Shown here in pieces: positions 7,782-16,886 of a stretch of 28,046 nt of DNA. The notes below the pieces were generated by a model. That model was not told the DNA's origin. It saw nothing but the letters and a program-made list of their open reading frames with translations, and ran no database searches. The translations under genes were made by a program, and so were the position numbers. How positions within the stretch are numbered: position 1 is the stretch's first letter; every line of letters starts with the position of its first letter. This stretch comes from a virus (taxonomy: Duplodnaviria; Caudoviricetes), in IMG/VR virus record IMGVR_UViG_3300005286_000051, positions 1-28,046 of that record, one strand, 5' to 3'.

Positions 7782-9964
7782 TACAAGCTCCGGGATTGCG
7801 CCTGGGCGATCATGTTCGGCATGGACTGCTGGACCTGCTTCACAGCCAATGCCGCGCCCGCCTGGCTGGCTTGGGCACCCATGTCCGTGATCTGGCCTTT
7901 GATGATGCCATTATCGTCAACAAACACACCGCGCACGATGACTTCGGCTATGCCGCCGCCCAAATCCTGCCCGGGCTTTGTGATGCTGACCGTTTCATCA
8001 GGGGAGGCTCGGAAAGCAACGATCTGACTGTCAATCCCGCCGGCTCCACCTACCTGAAATTGCCCCCCATTGGCAAAGCCAAGGAGGCCGCCGAGGCTGC
8101 TGAAAAGGCCGCCCAAAAAGCCGCCTCCTCCGCCTAGACCCCGGCCACCGAATAGGGATTGAAACGCCTGGTTCGCAAGCATGTCGGCGAGCTTCGAGAG
8201 AACTTCAGAAAGCGCTTGCTTCACACTCTTCGACCCATCGATGACGCCCTTGAAGGCGCTCCCTATCGACTGGCCTATTTCTTGCCCGACATCGCCGAGC
8301 TCTCCCATTTTTGCACTAACCTGATCGACAGATTCCGCCGCAGGCTGAACCATATTCGCGTCAAGCAGCCCCATCCATTGGCCGATCTCCGTCACCATGT
8401 CGGGGATGAAGGAGTGCCCGACGACCGCGTCATAGAGGTCATAGAACTTGTTCTTGACGGCTTCGACCTTGGAGGTGACGCCATCCCAGATTGAGTTCAA
8501 CCGGCCCGTGATCCATTCCTGAATGCCGGTGACCATGGCTGATACGGCCTCGATCGCTTGATCCTTCATCTGCACGACAGCCGTGCCGAAGGCCTGGATC
8601 TTCGCCTTGGCCTCCTCGCCGACCGAGATCAGGAACTCGTTTACCGCTTTCCCCGCAGCCGAGATTTCAGGCCAGAAGGCGATAATCGCGGTGGTGAGCG
8701 CAGTTATGCCGGCCACCACCAGAGCGACAGGTGCTCCAACCGCAGCAATGCCGGTCGCGAGAAGGCCGACAGAGAAGACCACCGGTCCAAGGGCCGCAGC
8801 CAGCCCCCCGATTATCGTTCCCCACTTCAGAAGCTCTGGGTTCGTCTCAGCGAGAGCATCAACCCATTCGGCCACCTTCGACACGAAGTCGGTAACCATC
8901 GTCAGGAGGCCGCTGTCGGCAATGGCTATCTGAAGCGTCTCGAAGGCGCCTGAAAGCTTCTCCAGTTCACCGTTGAAGCCCTTGAGGCGAGCAGCCGCCT
9001 GCTCCTCGGCGGACGCCTCGGCGATCTTTGCGCGCATCGCATCGAGACCATCCGCGCCCTGCTGCATCAGCATGATGGCCGTGCGCATCGCATCCACGCC
9101 GAAGATGTCCTTCATGGCTGTATTCAAGTCCTGATCGGACAGGCCAGACATCTTTGTGCGCAGTTCATCCGCGATAGCGGCCATACTCTTCATCGAGCCG
9201 TCGGCGTTGAAGAACTCGAGTCCAAGCTCGTCCATTGCCGCGGCGGCCGTTTTCGAAGCGGGGACAAGCCGGGTCAGGAAGTTCTTGAAGGACGTGCCGG
9301 CATCCGAACCGCTGGCGAACGCGCTCGACGTTGCTGCGATAACGGTGTTGAAGTCCTCGAAGGTCACGCCGAGATTCCCGGCCACGCCGCCAGCCTGGCC
9401 GATGGCAAGCCGGTAATCGTCAAAGCCAAACTTCGACTGAAGCAGGACGCCGGTGATGCCGTCGACAAGACCGCCGAGTTCCTTTGCCTCCTTGCCGAAG
9501 TTCATCATCACGTCTGTTGCGACATCGGCTGCTGCCGACAGATCGGAACCGCTCGCGGCTGCAAGAGACATGCTGGCAGAAACTGCCCCATCGAGGATCT
9601 GGCTTGCTGCGAGGCCGTTCTTCGCCAGCATCTCCATGGCGTCAGCGGATTCGGAAGCCGAGAAGCTGGTATCGGCCCCGAGCTGCACTGCCATGTCGCG
9701 CATGGCCTTGATCTCATCGGCCGTCGCCCCGGTCGCCGCCTGCACGCGGTTCATGCTGGCTTCGAAGTTGCCCGCCGTCTTAATCGTGAGCGCGCCGAAC
9801 GCGGTCAACGGGGCCGTGATGGAGGCTGACATGGTTGTGCCGATGCTCTGCATCGACTTGCCGAGCCCCTTCAGCCCTTTCTGCAGGCCGGAAATGCCCT
9901 CCCAGAACTGCGCGCTGTCGATCCCCAGATTGACCCTCAGGGCGCCGATAACCGCACTTGCCAT
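7781..9964 (-). CDS. Tail tape measure protein (TP901 family)
   Basis: 727 aa, Ala/Gly-rich and helical; IGALRVNLGID start, FEASMNRVQA, TSFSASESADAM, FANGG; SD GAGG. Confidence 0.95.
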   Translation of the reverse strand: MASAVIGALRVNLGIDSAQFWEGISGLQKGLKGLGKSMQSIGTTMSASITAPLTAFGALTIKTAGNFEASMNRVQAATGATADEIKAMRDMAVQLGADTSFSASESADAMEMLAKNGLAASQILDGAVSASMSLAAASGSDLSAAADVATDVMMNFGKEAKELGGLVDGITGVLLQSKFGFDDYRLAIGQAGGVAGNLGVTFEDFNTVIAATSSAFASGSDAGTSFKNFLTRLVPASKTAAAAMDELGLEFFNADGSMKSMAAIADELRTKMSGLSDQDLNTAMKDIFGVDAMRTAIMLMQQGADGLDAMRAKIAEASAEEQAAARLKGFNGELEKLSGAFETLQIAIADSGLLTMVTDFVSKVAEWVDALAETNPELLKWGTIIGGLAAALGPVVFSVGLLATGIAAVGAPVALVVAGITALTTAIIAFWPEISAAGKAVNEFLISVGEEAKAKIQAFGTAVVQMKDQAIEAVSAMVTGIQEWITGRLNSIWDGVTSKVEAVKNKFYDLYDAVVGHSFIPDMVTEIGQWMGLLDANMVQPAAESVDQVSAKMGELGDVGQEIGQSIGSAFKGVIDGSKSVKQALSEVLSKLADMLANQAFQSLFGGRGLGGGGGFLGGLFSSLGGLLGFANGGQFQVGGAGGIDSQIVAFRASPDETVSITKPGQDLGGGIAEVIVRGVFVDDNGIIKGQITDMGAQASQAGAALAVKQVQQSMPNMIAQAQSRSL

Positions 9965-9967
9965 GGA

Positions 9968-10309
9968 TTACCTCTTTCGGGAAAGAGCCGCCGTCCATTG
10001 CATGGCAATGGCGATTTGCTCTTCAATCGTCTGCCGGCGCTTTGGCTTGTCCGCGCCGTGCAGCATCTCTTTCAGTTTCGGTGGTTTCCTCACGCGCCCG
10101 ATCATCGCCGTATGCCAGGCGAGCCACGCCCGCTCGTTGTGCTCGCGCCTCAGGCGGGCTGCTACCCCGGCGAGAATGACGGCGATTTCGCGATAGGTGA
10201 GCCGCCAGAAAAGCGAAGGCTCTTGCCCTGCTTCGACCCATGACTTCAGGAGGTCGAGCGGCTTTAAGCCTTCGCCTTCGGAGGGCGGCCGGCTTCCTTC
10301 CCCTCCGCT
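9968..10309 (-). CDS. Tail assembly chaperone, gpT part (-1 frameshift extension)
   Basis: Frame is open from 10309 to TAA at 9970-9968, -1 relative to the upstream chaperone; encodes WVEAGQEPSLFWRLTYREI...AWLAWHTA; no early start codon with an SD; not in the ORF track. Confidence 0.8.
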   Translation of the reverse strand, partial: SGGEGSRPPSEGEGLKPLDLLKSWVEAGQEPSLFWRLTYREIAVILAGVAARLRREHNERAWLAWHTAMIGRVRKPPKLKEMLHGADKPKRRQTIEEQIAIAMQWTAALSRKR

Positions 10310-10614
10310 TCAGGAAAGGCGAGTTTGAAGGCTTTGCCGATCGCTTCCATACAGGCCGGAACCCCGGCTTCAGTCGCGATCTGTCCGGCCTCTTTCAGGG
10401 CGGTCTCATCGTGGTGATCGCGCAGCGCGGCCCACACCAGAGCGCGCACCGTGCTCATGCGCACATTGCCTGGATCATTGAGAGACAGGGCTATCTGCGC
10501 CACTGGCTGTCCAAGTAGATCTTCAAGCTCGCACAGTGCGTTGACGGAGAACGAAAGAGTATACGCCCGGTCGCCGACCTGAAGAGCGACCGAGCCGCGA
10601 TGTGGGTTCGCCAT
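10264..10614 (-). CDS. Tail assembly chaperone gpG (GTA-gp10-like)
   Basis: MANPHRGSV...YTLSFSVNALCELE motif; lies between the tail tube and tape measure genes. Confidence 0.85.
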   Translation of the reverse strand: MANPHRGSVALQVGDRAYTLSFSVNALCELEDLLGQPVAQIALSLNDPGNVRMSTVRALVWAALRDHHDETALKEAGQIATEAGVPACMEAIGKAFKLAFPEAEGKEAGRPPKAKA

Positions 10615-10616
10615 GA

Positions 10617-11048
10617 TCAGGTAGCCATCCCCGTGACATAGGAGCCGGTGACCTTGATGGTGACGGTCGCCGTCATCTTGTCATCGGTCGGGGCGGCGGG
10701 CTCATAACCGGTCAGCAGGCCCGAGAACGTCCAGGTGACGTTGTTCGGGAATGTGATCCGGCATGTCCGCCGCTCCCGCGCGGTGCGCCAGTCCTGAATG
10801 GCAGTGTCACCTGCACCACCTGGGATGAAGTTCATTTCGAAGGAACACTCGCCTGGGTCGCGCAGGCCGAGAATGAATTCTCGTGTGGCATCGGGCGATT
10901 GCATATGGGTGGCATCGATCACGTCCATCGTGTCGGATGGCGGCGTGATGTCGTAGACCTCCGCGATGTCGGTAAAGACCTCAGGGTCTGCGCCATCGCC
11001 TACGGCAAATTTACTGCCATAGCCAATCATGGCTTCGGTTTCGGCCAT
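10617..11048 (-). CDS. Major tail tube protein
   Basis: IDATHMQSP..TREFILGLRDPGECSFEMNF and MTATVTIKVTG motifs; SD AGGAG. Confidence 0.9.
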   Translation of the reverse strand: MAETEAMIGYGSKFAVGDGADPEVFTDIAEVYDITPPSDTMDVIDATHMQSPDATREFILGLRDPGECSFEMNFIPGGAGDTAIQDWRTARERRTCRITFPNNVTWTFSGLLTGYEPAAPTDDKMTATVTIKVTGSYVTGMAT

Positions 11049-11062
11049 TTCAGTTCTCCTGT

Positions 11063-11458
11063 TCAGGCGTGGTGGATGATGAAGTCGAGGGAAGTGCGGA
11101 AGCGGTTGTAAACGTCATCATCCTCATCGGTGGTCGGCAGGTCGCGCTCGCCATCGAGGAAGATGCCTTGGATATTGATTGCGCCCTGCTTTCCCCGGCG
11201 TCCGGAGAGAGCATTGACGATCGCGCGTGCTGTCCGTTTCGCTTTCGTGTAGGTCAGCGCGTACACATCAATCTGGATCCGCCGCTCCTCATAACCAGAG
11301 GGCCCGGCCATTGTGTAATCCGGCAAGCGCGTCACGCTACGCACCAATGCGTATTCGGTAGACACACCTTGTGGCGCACGGCCGGGATAGACCTGCGTGC
11401 CGATCTGGCCCGCTACGCCGGCGTCGGCGAGCAGGATTGCAATGATTGCTTCTTCCAT
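11063..11458 (-). CDS. Tail terminator/completion protein (DUF3168-like)
   Basis: MEEAIIAILLAD, VYPGRAPQG and RIQIDVYA motifs; synteny. Confidence 0.85.
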   Translation of the reverse strand: MEEAIIAILLADAGVAGQIGTQVYPGRAPQGVSTEYALVRSVTRLPDYTMAGPSGYEERRIQIDVYALTYTKAKRTARAIVNALSGRRGKQGAINIQGIFLDGERDLPTTDEDDDVYNRFRTSLDFIIHHA

Positions 11459-11461
11459 GGA

Positions 11462-11920
11462 CTATTTGCCGGCCTTTGCCGCCTTGCGTGCCTGACGCTG
11501 TGCCGCCTTGTCGATCTCGGTCCAAAGCAGGTGCTCGATGATGTGGAGCGCCTGCCTTTTTGTCGCGTCCCAGGCCGGTCGCATAAAGGGCTGAGGCGGG
11601 TGGCGTTCGTTGCCGAACTCCTGCTGCACGCCGGCGGGATCTGCTGCCCCCACGAAAACCTCTGCACTCGCCCGGTCATCAGCAAAGGTCTTGCGGTGAA
11701 GGGCAGCTTGCCGGCGCGTCAGCTTCGTGCCCACATCGATATTTTCCACCAGATGCAACTCGAGCTTCGGCGCTCGGTCGCGTGCGGCCCTTGCGATTGG
11801 CTCGCCTGCCTCCTTCAGCACGCGGCGCAGAACGCTCTTGCCCGTTGCTTTTGGAAGCTGGCCGAGCGCTCGATCGAGTTCACGCAAGCCCTCGATCTTC
11901 ACCTTCATCCCGCGCGCCAT
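11462..11920 (-). CDS. HK97 gp10-like tail component
   Basis: IEGLRELDRAL start and QEFGNERHPPQPFMRPAWD motif. Confidence 0.9.
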   Translation of the reverse strand: MARGMKVKIEGLRELDRALGQLPKATGKSVLRRVLKEAGEPIARAARDRAPKLELHLVENIDVGTKLTRRQAALHRKTFADDRASAEVFVGAADPAGVQQEFGNERHPPQPFMRPAWDATKRQALHIIEHLLWTEIDKAAQRQARKAAKAGK

Positions 11921-12165
11921 CAGACAACCTCGAATGTGACCTTGCCGCGCAAGGTCTCCAGAAGAATCTCGCCAGAGTGAGGGTTGATCGAGATATTCCC
12001 TTCCGCAGTTCTCCGCGGGTGGATTACGATGCCTTCGACATCATCGGCGGTGATAGCATCTTTCAACAAAGCGCGATCTAGATAGACGAGAACCTTGCGG
12101 CCATCGCTTGCCAAATCGCACCATGCTTTGTAGCCGGCATCGTCTTTGTCGCAGGAATAGCGCAT
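11920..12165 (-). CDS. Hypothetical protein inserted in the head-tail joining module
   Basis: 81 aa; TGATG overlaps with both neighbours. Confidence 0.75.
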   Translation of the reverse strand: MRYSCDKDDAGYKAWCDLASDGRKVLVYLDRALLKDAITADDVEGIVIHPRRTAEGNISINPHSGEILLETLRGKVTFEVV

Positions 12166-12500
12166 CAGTCACTGTCCTTCACGGCCGTGATTTCGATGAA
12201 GCGGAAGCGACCTTCATTGGCCTCCTTAACGCCGAGGATGTTGAACGTCGCCCCTTCATGGACGAGGCGGTCCTTCGTCGTGAGTGTGCGCGTCTCAGAG
12301 GAAGATCGGACGACAAAGCGCGTGGTAAGCGTCGATCCGATTTGACCGGCGGCGAACTTCTCGCCGTCACTCACATCCCTTCGCTTGGCGCGGCATGTAA
12401 AGAAATCCGCCCAAGTTTCGATGGGCTCGTTAAACTCATTTGGAACAGAGGTGTACCGCTGGATGGTGATCTTGCGGTCGAGGTCTTGTGCCGTAACCAT
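12165..12500 (-). CDS. Head closure/head-tail adaptor protein (SPP1 gp16-like)
   Basis: LDRKITIQR...NEFNEPIETW and DRLVHEGATFNI motifs. Confidence 0.9.
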   Translation of the reverse strand: MVTAQDLDRKITIQRYTSVPNEFNEPIETWADFFTCRAKRRDVSDGEKFAAGQIGSTLTTRFVVRSSSETRTLTTKDRLVHEGATFNILGVKEANEGRFRFIEITAVKDSD

Positions 12501-13087
12501 CAGAGGCTGAACCTGCGATACTTGGAGATCAGCGCGTCTTCCGCGCGCTCCAGGTTGGCCGAATTCGCCTTCGCCGCCTCGTCATAGCCCAGCTGCACGC
12601 GCATGATCATGGCGACGCGAATGTCATCGGGCACGGTTGGCTTCGGCGGCGTATCGTCTGTGTTCGCCCATCCTGCCCGGTACTCCACCTGTACCGCCGC
12701 ACTCTCATAAAGGTCGGGTGGATGGTGGTAGCCGTGCCGGAACTGAACGAACGAGCGCCCCGCTCCATCGGTGCGAAGCGCATAGTCTGCTTGGTCGATC
12801 GTGGCGATCTGGCCTTCCTTGTTCCGCCATTTGACCGATGACACGGCGATCACTGGCCCGAGCGGCAGATGCAGGCAATCGAAGCTATCGAACTCCTGCC
12901 GCCAAGTCTGTTCGACAAGGACGATGCCGAGGATGCCCGTCCAGCCCTCGTAGTGCGCGACGGCTGCGCGGATATCCCGCTCGATCACCGCATCATCATC
13001 GGCGGTATCGATGCGCAGCGACTGCTTGACCTCCTCGACCGTGACCGGAAGGATGGAGGGCGCTTCAACGAGGACGGGGCGGTACAT
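12500..13087 (-). CDS. Head-tail connector protein (HK97 gp6/phiE125 gp8-like)
   Basis: PVTVEEVKQSLRID..DDAVI, LVEQTW, VEYRAGW and VPDDIRVAM motifs. Confidence 0.9.
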   Translation of the reverse strand: MYRPVLVEAPSILPVTVEEVKQSLRIDTADDDAVIERDIRAAVAHYEGWTGILGIVLVEQTWRQEFDSFDCLHLPLGPVIAVSSVKWRNKEGQIATIDQADYALRTDGAGRSFVQFRHGYHHPPDLYESAAVQVEYRAGWANTDDTPPKPTVPDDIRVAMIMRVQLGYDEAAKANSANLERAEDALISKYRRFSL

Positions 13088-13090
13088 AGG

Positions 13091-13276
13091 TTACTCGCTC
13101 TTGTTCTTCGGGGCGCCCGTTTCAGCCTTGTTGGTCGGCTTGCCCTCGGCTTCAGTCTTCGGCGACAGCACGCCGTTTGCGATGAGATGCTTCACATCGC
13201 CTTCATTCGCTTCTCGCGTATCGCCGGGCAGATACATCTTGTCGCCGAGGTGTGGGCGGGTGACGTAGAATTTCAT
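13091..13276 (-). CDS. Small head-associated hypothetical protein
   Basis: Start moved to ATG 13276 (MKFYVTRPH, SD AAGGAG); NKAETGAPKNK tail typical of post-capsid genes. Confidence 0.75.
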   Translation of the reverse strand: MKFYVTRPHLGDKMYLPGDTREANEGDVKHLIANGVLSPKTEAEGKPTNKAETGAPKNKSE

Positions 13277-13300
13277 GGCAGGTTCTCCTTCTCGGTTCAT

Positions 13301-13328
13301 GAGAAGGGCGAGCCAAAGCCCGCCCCTC
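13301..13328 (-). terminator. GC-rich hairpin after the capsid gene (partial terminator or mRNA stabiliser)
   Basis: Minus strand GAGGGGCGGGC-TTTG-GCTCGCCCTTC stem with G-U pairs; weak U tract. Confidence 0.55.
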
Positions 13329-13345
13329 GTGATGAGCCGAACGGA

Positions 13346-14785
13346 TTACGGCGCAGCCGGCGGGTTGATGGGGCCGGAGACGAAGGCCTCGGGACGGTAG
13401 ACGGCGAGCGCCAAGCGCTCTTCGCCCAGGATTGTGACGAGGTTTTTCGTGAAGTCGTCGTTCACGTATCCGACCTCGATGCGCGCGTCCCAGCGGTCGA
13501 AGAGCTGGGCGCCGAGGCGGAAGGCACCGGTCAGGAAGGTGCCTGCTGCCATGGCCTGGGTCTGCACCACCGGCAGGCCCCACATGGTGGGCGCGATCGT
13601 CCCTTGTGGATTGCCGATGATATAGCGCCCGTCAGCGTCCTTCAGGGTCTCGATCGACGTCCAGTCGATCGGATTGAGGACGTGACCAGTCGCCGGATAC
13701 TCGGCGAGTGCTGCCTGCAGCATCGCGATGCGAAGTACATCGATCTGCGTCATCGGCGTGGGAGGCGTGAAGCCTGCCGGAACCGCGTAAGCCGAAGCCT
13801 GGGGCAAAATGCCGTGCAGGTTCTGCCCGGTGCCGTCACCATTGAGAAGCTGCTGCTCCTCGACATATGCCAGACCATAAAGGAGGCGATTGTCGATGAT
13901 CGAGCGGAGCTGGGCGAAGTCATCGAGGATCTGCTTCGAAGCCTTCATCCAGTGCGCGATCACCTTGGCCGAGGTGGTGACGACATCGAACTTCAGGTCC
14001 GATTCCGGCTTGGCCGCAGTTTCTGCGACCGGAGCCGCATTGTTGGTGAAGCCCGTTTCACGGACATACTCCAGAGTGTTGCCGTCCATCTGGCCGGGCG
14101 AAATCAGATCTCGCACGGTCAGCCGGCGATCCGGGAGCATGAGGACGCCGGGAAGACGGGTCGGAGCAACGCCAGCTCCGGCCGCCCCCGCGGTGTCAGT
14201 GGTGGCCGAGGTGATCGTCGCCTTGACGCGCATGTCGGCACCGCGGGCCTGCTTGGAGAAGCCGGCTTCCTGGAAGGCCTTCAGCCCATCGGATTCGATG
14301 AACTGCTGACCGATGGACTTCTTCTCATCAGGCCCGTTGCCGCCGCCGCGAGCAAGCTTCTGCTCGATCTGGGCAAGCTGCTCGCCAAGCGTGTTCATCT
14401 TGATGAGGGCGTCGTCTGCCTGCTCCTTGATTGAGTTGGCCAGGGTCTCTCCCGCTTTTGCCTTGCCGAGCGCCTCCTCGGCGATGGCCTTCACGGCATC
14501 CACGGCCTGCCGGTGCTCCGCCTTGATCTCGGCGGCGAGCTCGGCGGCAGACTTCGTAGCGGCCCCGCTACCGCCATCATCCGGCGGGGCGAAGAAGATG
14601 CGCGGACCAATGGCCGAGGATGCGAGCCGCGCAATGCCGCCCGCTCCGACCGCTGCGATGGGAGCAAGGGCCGCGAGGTCGGCCGGGTTCACAATGCCAC
14701 CAGCCGCATAAGCGCTGCCGGCGGTGAGGACGCCGAGGGCAGCGATCATCGCTACCGCCAGCATCGAAGAGATGCCCAGTTTCAT
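13346..14785 (-). CDS. Major capsid protein, HK97 fold, with an unusual hydrophobic N-terminal leader
   Basis: Coiled-coil delta domain; RRLTVRDLI, KVIAHW, LLNGDGTG, KDADGRYIIG and NLVTILGEERLALAVYRPEAF motifs. Confidence 0.97.
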   Translation of the reverse strand: MKLGISSMLAVAMIAALGVLTAGSAYAAGGIVNPADLAALAPIAAVGAGGIARLASSAIGPRIFFAPPDDGGSGAATKSAAELAAEIKAEHRQAVDAVKAIAEEALGKAKAGETLANSIKEQADDALIKMNTLGEQLAQIEQKLARGGGNGPDEKKSIGQQFIESDGLKAFQEAGFSKQARGADMRVKATITSATTDTAGAAGAGVAPTRLPGVLMLPDRRLTVRDLISPGQMDGNTLEYVRETGFTNNAAPVAETAAKPESDLKFDVVTTSAKVIAHWMKASKQILDDFAQLRSIIDNRLLYGLAYVEEQQLLNGDGTGQNLHGILPQASAYAVPAGFTPPTPMTQIDVLRIAMLQAALAEYPATGHVLNPIDWTSIETLKDADGRYIIGNPQGTIAPTMWGLPVVQTQAMAAGTFLTGAFRLGAQLFDRWDARIEVGYVNDDFTKNLVTILGEERLALAVYRPEAFVSGPINPPAAP

Positions 14786-14813
14786 GGGAGTACCTTTCAG
14801 ATGTGAGTGGAGG

Positions 14814-15476
14814 TCAGCCGCGCAGTGCCTGAAGCAGTGCTACAGCGTCATTCGCCTGATTGCCCTCGGACTCACTCCGAATGGCCTTCGCATAGCCAAC
14901 AGAGGCGATCTGTACGGCCATGGCTTTCGGGACACCTGCCTCACGCAGGATGTCCTCGAATTCCTTGATAGGCATGGGGTCGCCATCGCGAAGCCGGCGG
15001 GCGAACTCTTCCATGCGCTCGGACTTCACAGCATCGACCCGCGCCCGACGATTGGCCGGGAACGAGACGGGGCTGATCTCGTAGAGGTCGAGCTTCTTCA
15101 GAAGGCGGATATTGCCGTCCGGTTCGGTCTCGATCTCGCGGTAGCCGATCGAAAGACCGCGAATCGCCTTCGCCTTCAGCAGCTCGTAGATCTCGCGGGC
15201 GCGCTGGACGGTCAGGATGAGACGCCCTTTGCCCCAAAGCCCCTTGGCGTCCTCGGCGAGGTCCTCCCAAACGCCAATCGGCTCATTCGGGTTGTGCTGC
15301 CAGAGCATAAGGACGTTGCTCCCCTCGCGCTGATGGCGGGTCAGGCTCTCGGCGAATGCGCCCGGCATCACCTTCTCGCCATAGGAATCGACGTTGCCGA
15401 AGATGGAGCCGTAGCCCTCAAAGGTGCCGTCCTCCGACAGGTCCTTGACCTGCAGGGCGAAGTCCTTGGTTTTCAT
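14814..15476 (-). CDS. HK97-family prohead protease
   Basis: FEGYGSIFGNVDS, MLWQH, GLSIGY and EISPVSFPAN motifs; SD GAGGAG. Confidence 0.96.
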   Translation of the reverse strand: MKTKDFALQVKDLSEDGTFEGYGSIFGNVDSYGEKVMPGAFAESLTRHQREGSNVLMLWQHNPNEPIGVWEDLAEDAKGLWGKGRLILTVQRAREIYELLKAKAIRGLSIGYREIETEPDGNIRLLKKLDLYEISPVSFPANRRARVDAVKSERMEEFARRLRDGDPMPIKEFEDILREAGVPKAMAVQIASVGYAKAIRSESEGNQANDAVALLQALRG

Positions 15477-15478
15477 GT

Positions 15479-15655
15479 CTACTCCTCGACTAAGCGACAG
15501 GTGGCCTGCGGAGCGTGGATGCCATGTTGATCCAGATAGGCAGCTAGTTTGCGCTCGGCCTCAATTTGGCCGCGAGCTGCGAACTCCAAGCACGTCGCGC
15601 CCAGATGCGTACGAAAGCGGGTTGCTCGGTAAACTTTCCATCCTTCATCCTGCAT
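15479..15655 (-). CDS. Small hypothetical protein (58 aa)
   Basis: Hand translation [58 protein letters not shown]; SD GGAGG; fills the portal-protease gap exactly. Confidence 0.6.
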   Translation of the reverse strand: MQDEGWKVYRATRFRTHLGATCLEFAARGQIEAERKLAAYLDQHGIHAPQATCRLVEE

Positions 15656-16886
15656 CAGAACGTTCCTCCGAGATCAGTTGGCGCATGGCTTCTCTATCGA
15701 TCTCCGAAATCGGGACGTTCTGCATCTGCATGCGCGGTACATCTCCGCCCTCAACCGGCGGCAGATTTTCGAGCGCACGGACCTCATTGATGGTCATCGC
15801 GCCAATGGCGGTCATCTGCTGGTAGAACCGGGCCCGACCGGCACTGTCGGCGCGCAGTAAACCCTCGAGATTGAATTCAATGGTGATGCCTGCCGCTTTG
15901 TCGGCCGGTGTGAGAAGCTGTTTTTCACAAGCCTGCTCGATACGCTTCAGTCGACGGCGCAGGGTGAACTTCTGGAAGCCAAGGGTCTGCTGCTCAAGGC
16001 CGGTACCCCAGCTCGTAGACTTCTCGGTATGGCCTATCATGAAAGGCGGAACGCCGAAGAAACGACAGATTTCCTCAACCGAAAAGCCGCGCGATTCCAG
16101 CATTTGCGCGTCTTCCGGGTTGATAGTTAGTTGCTCCCATTTCGTGCCGCCCTCCAAGACCAGCGGCTTGCCTGCATTCACCGATCCAAGGAACTTTTCC
16201 GTCAGCCTGGTTTCTGCAAGCTCACGCTGCTGGGGCGAAAGCCATTTTTCAAAGGTTAGGACCCCGGATGGGCGCAGCCCATTCTTAAACATCCCGCCCG
16301 CCGAGCGGTCGATCGCACGCGCCAGGCTGAAGGCGTGGCGGCCGAAATGCAGAGTGGACATGCCGCCGAGCGGGCTCCCGCCGAAGCCGCGGATGTGCAG
16401 TACCCTTTCTTCGGTCGCGGTGAAGGACTTTCCGTTATCCGTCCATCGATACTGGATGCTGCCATTCTGCAACCGGGTTACCGACATGCAGGCTGGGAGG
16501 ATGGGCGTCAAAGCGCTCACCTTCCCGTCGCCACGCTCAATCAGCGCGTAGGCATTGCCCCACAGTTCGATTGACGCACACATGAATTCCCAGAAGTCCA
16601 CGGCAGTCTGGTCGAAGTTCGGACTGTCGTGCAGAATGCGATAAAGCGGGTGATCCTGCGCCACCACGCGGCCATCCGGTCGGGTGCGGTAGACCATCAG
16701 CGGCAGGCTCGCGATCGTTCCGGCGAGGAGGTTCACGCACGCCCACACCGAGGAGAGCCCAAGCACCGTTTCAGCGCTCACCCTCTCCCCGGCATCGCCG
16801 ATCTGCCCATCGGGATACCATCCCCTGGGGTTGCGCGGTGTGAGGTGGCGAACCACCGCATCTGCCATTTTCTGCAATAGCTTCAC
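15645..16886 (-). CDS. HK97-family portal protein
   Basis: [41 protein letters not shown] and [14 protein letters not shown] motifs. Confidence 0.97.
   Translation of the reverse strand: MKLLQKMADAVVRHLTPRNPRGWYPDGQIGDAGERVSAETVLGLSSVWACVNLLAGTIASLPLMVYRTRPDGRVVAQDHPLYRILHDSPNFDQTAVDFWEFMCASIELWGNAYALIERGDGKVSALTPILPACMSVTRLQNGSIQYRWTDNGKSFTATEERVLHIRGFGGSPLGGMSTLHFGRHAFSLARAIDRSAGGMFKNGLRPSGVLTFEKWLSPQQRELAETRLTEKFLGSVNAGKPLVLEGGTKWEQLTINPEDAQMLESRGFSVEEICRFFGVPPFMIGHTEKSTSWGTGLEQQTLGFQKFTLRRRLKRIEQACEKQLLTPADKAAGITIEFNLEGLLRADSAGRARFYQQMTAIGAMTINEVRALENLPPVEGGDVPRMQMQNVPISEIDREAMRQLISEERSDAG

Noticed and set aside
10023-10241. 72-aa minus-strand ORF in the track between chaperone and tape measure
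   Set aside because: Wrong frame; the gpT-like FWRLTYRE sequence is in the 9968-10309 frame
12869-14434. 521-aa plus-strand ORF and other long plus-strand ORFs (e.g. 11069..11980, 21831..22760, 24452..25468)
   Set aside because: Antisense shadows of GC3-biased phage genes, with no motifs and no SD/operon logic
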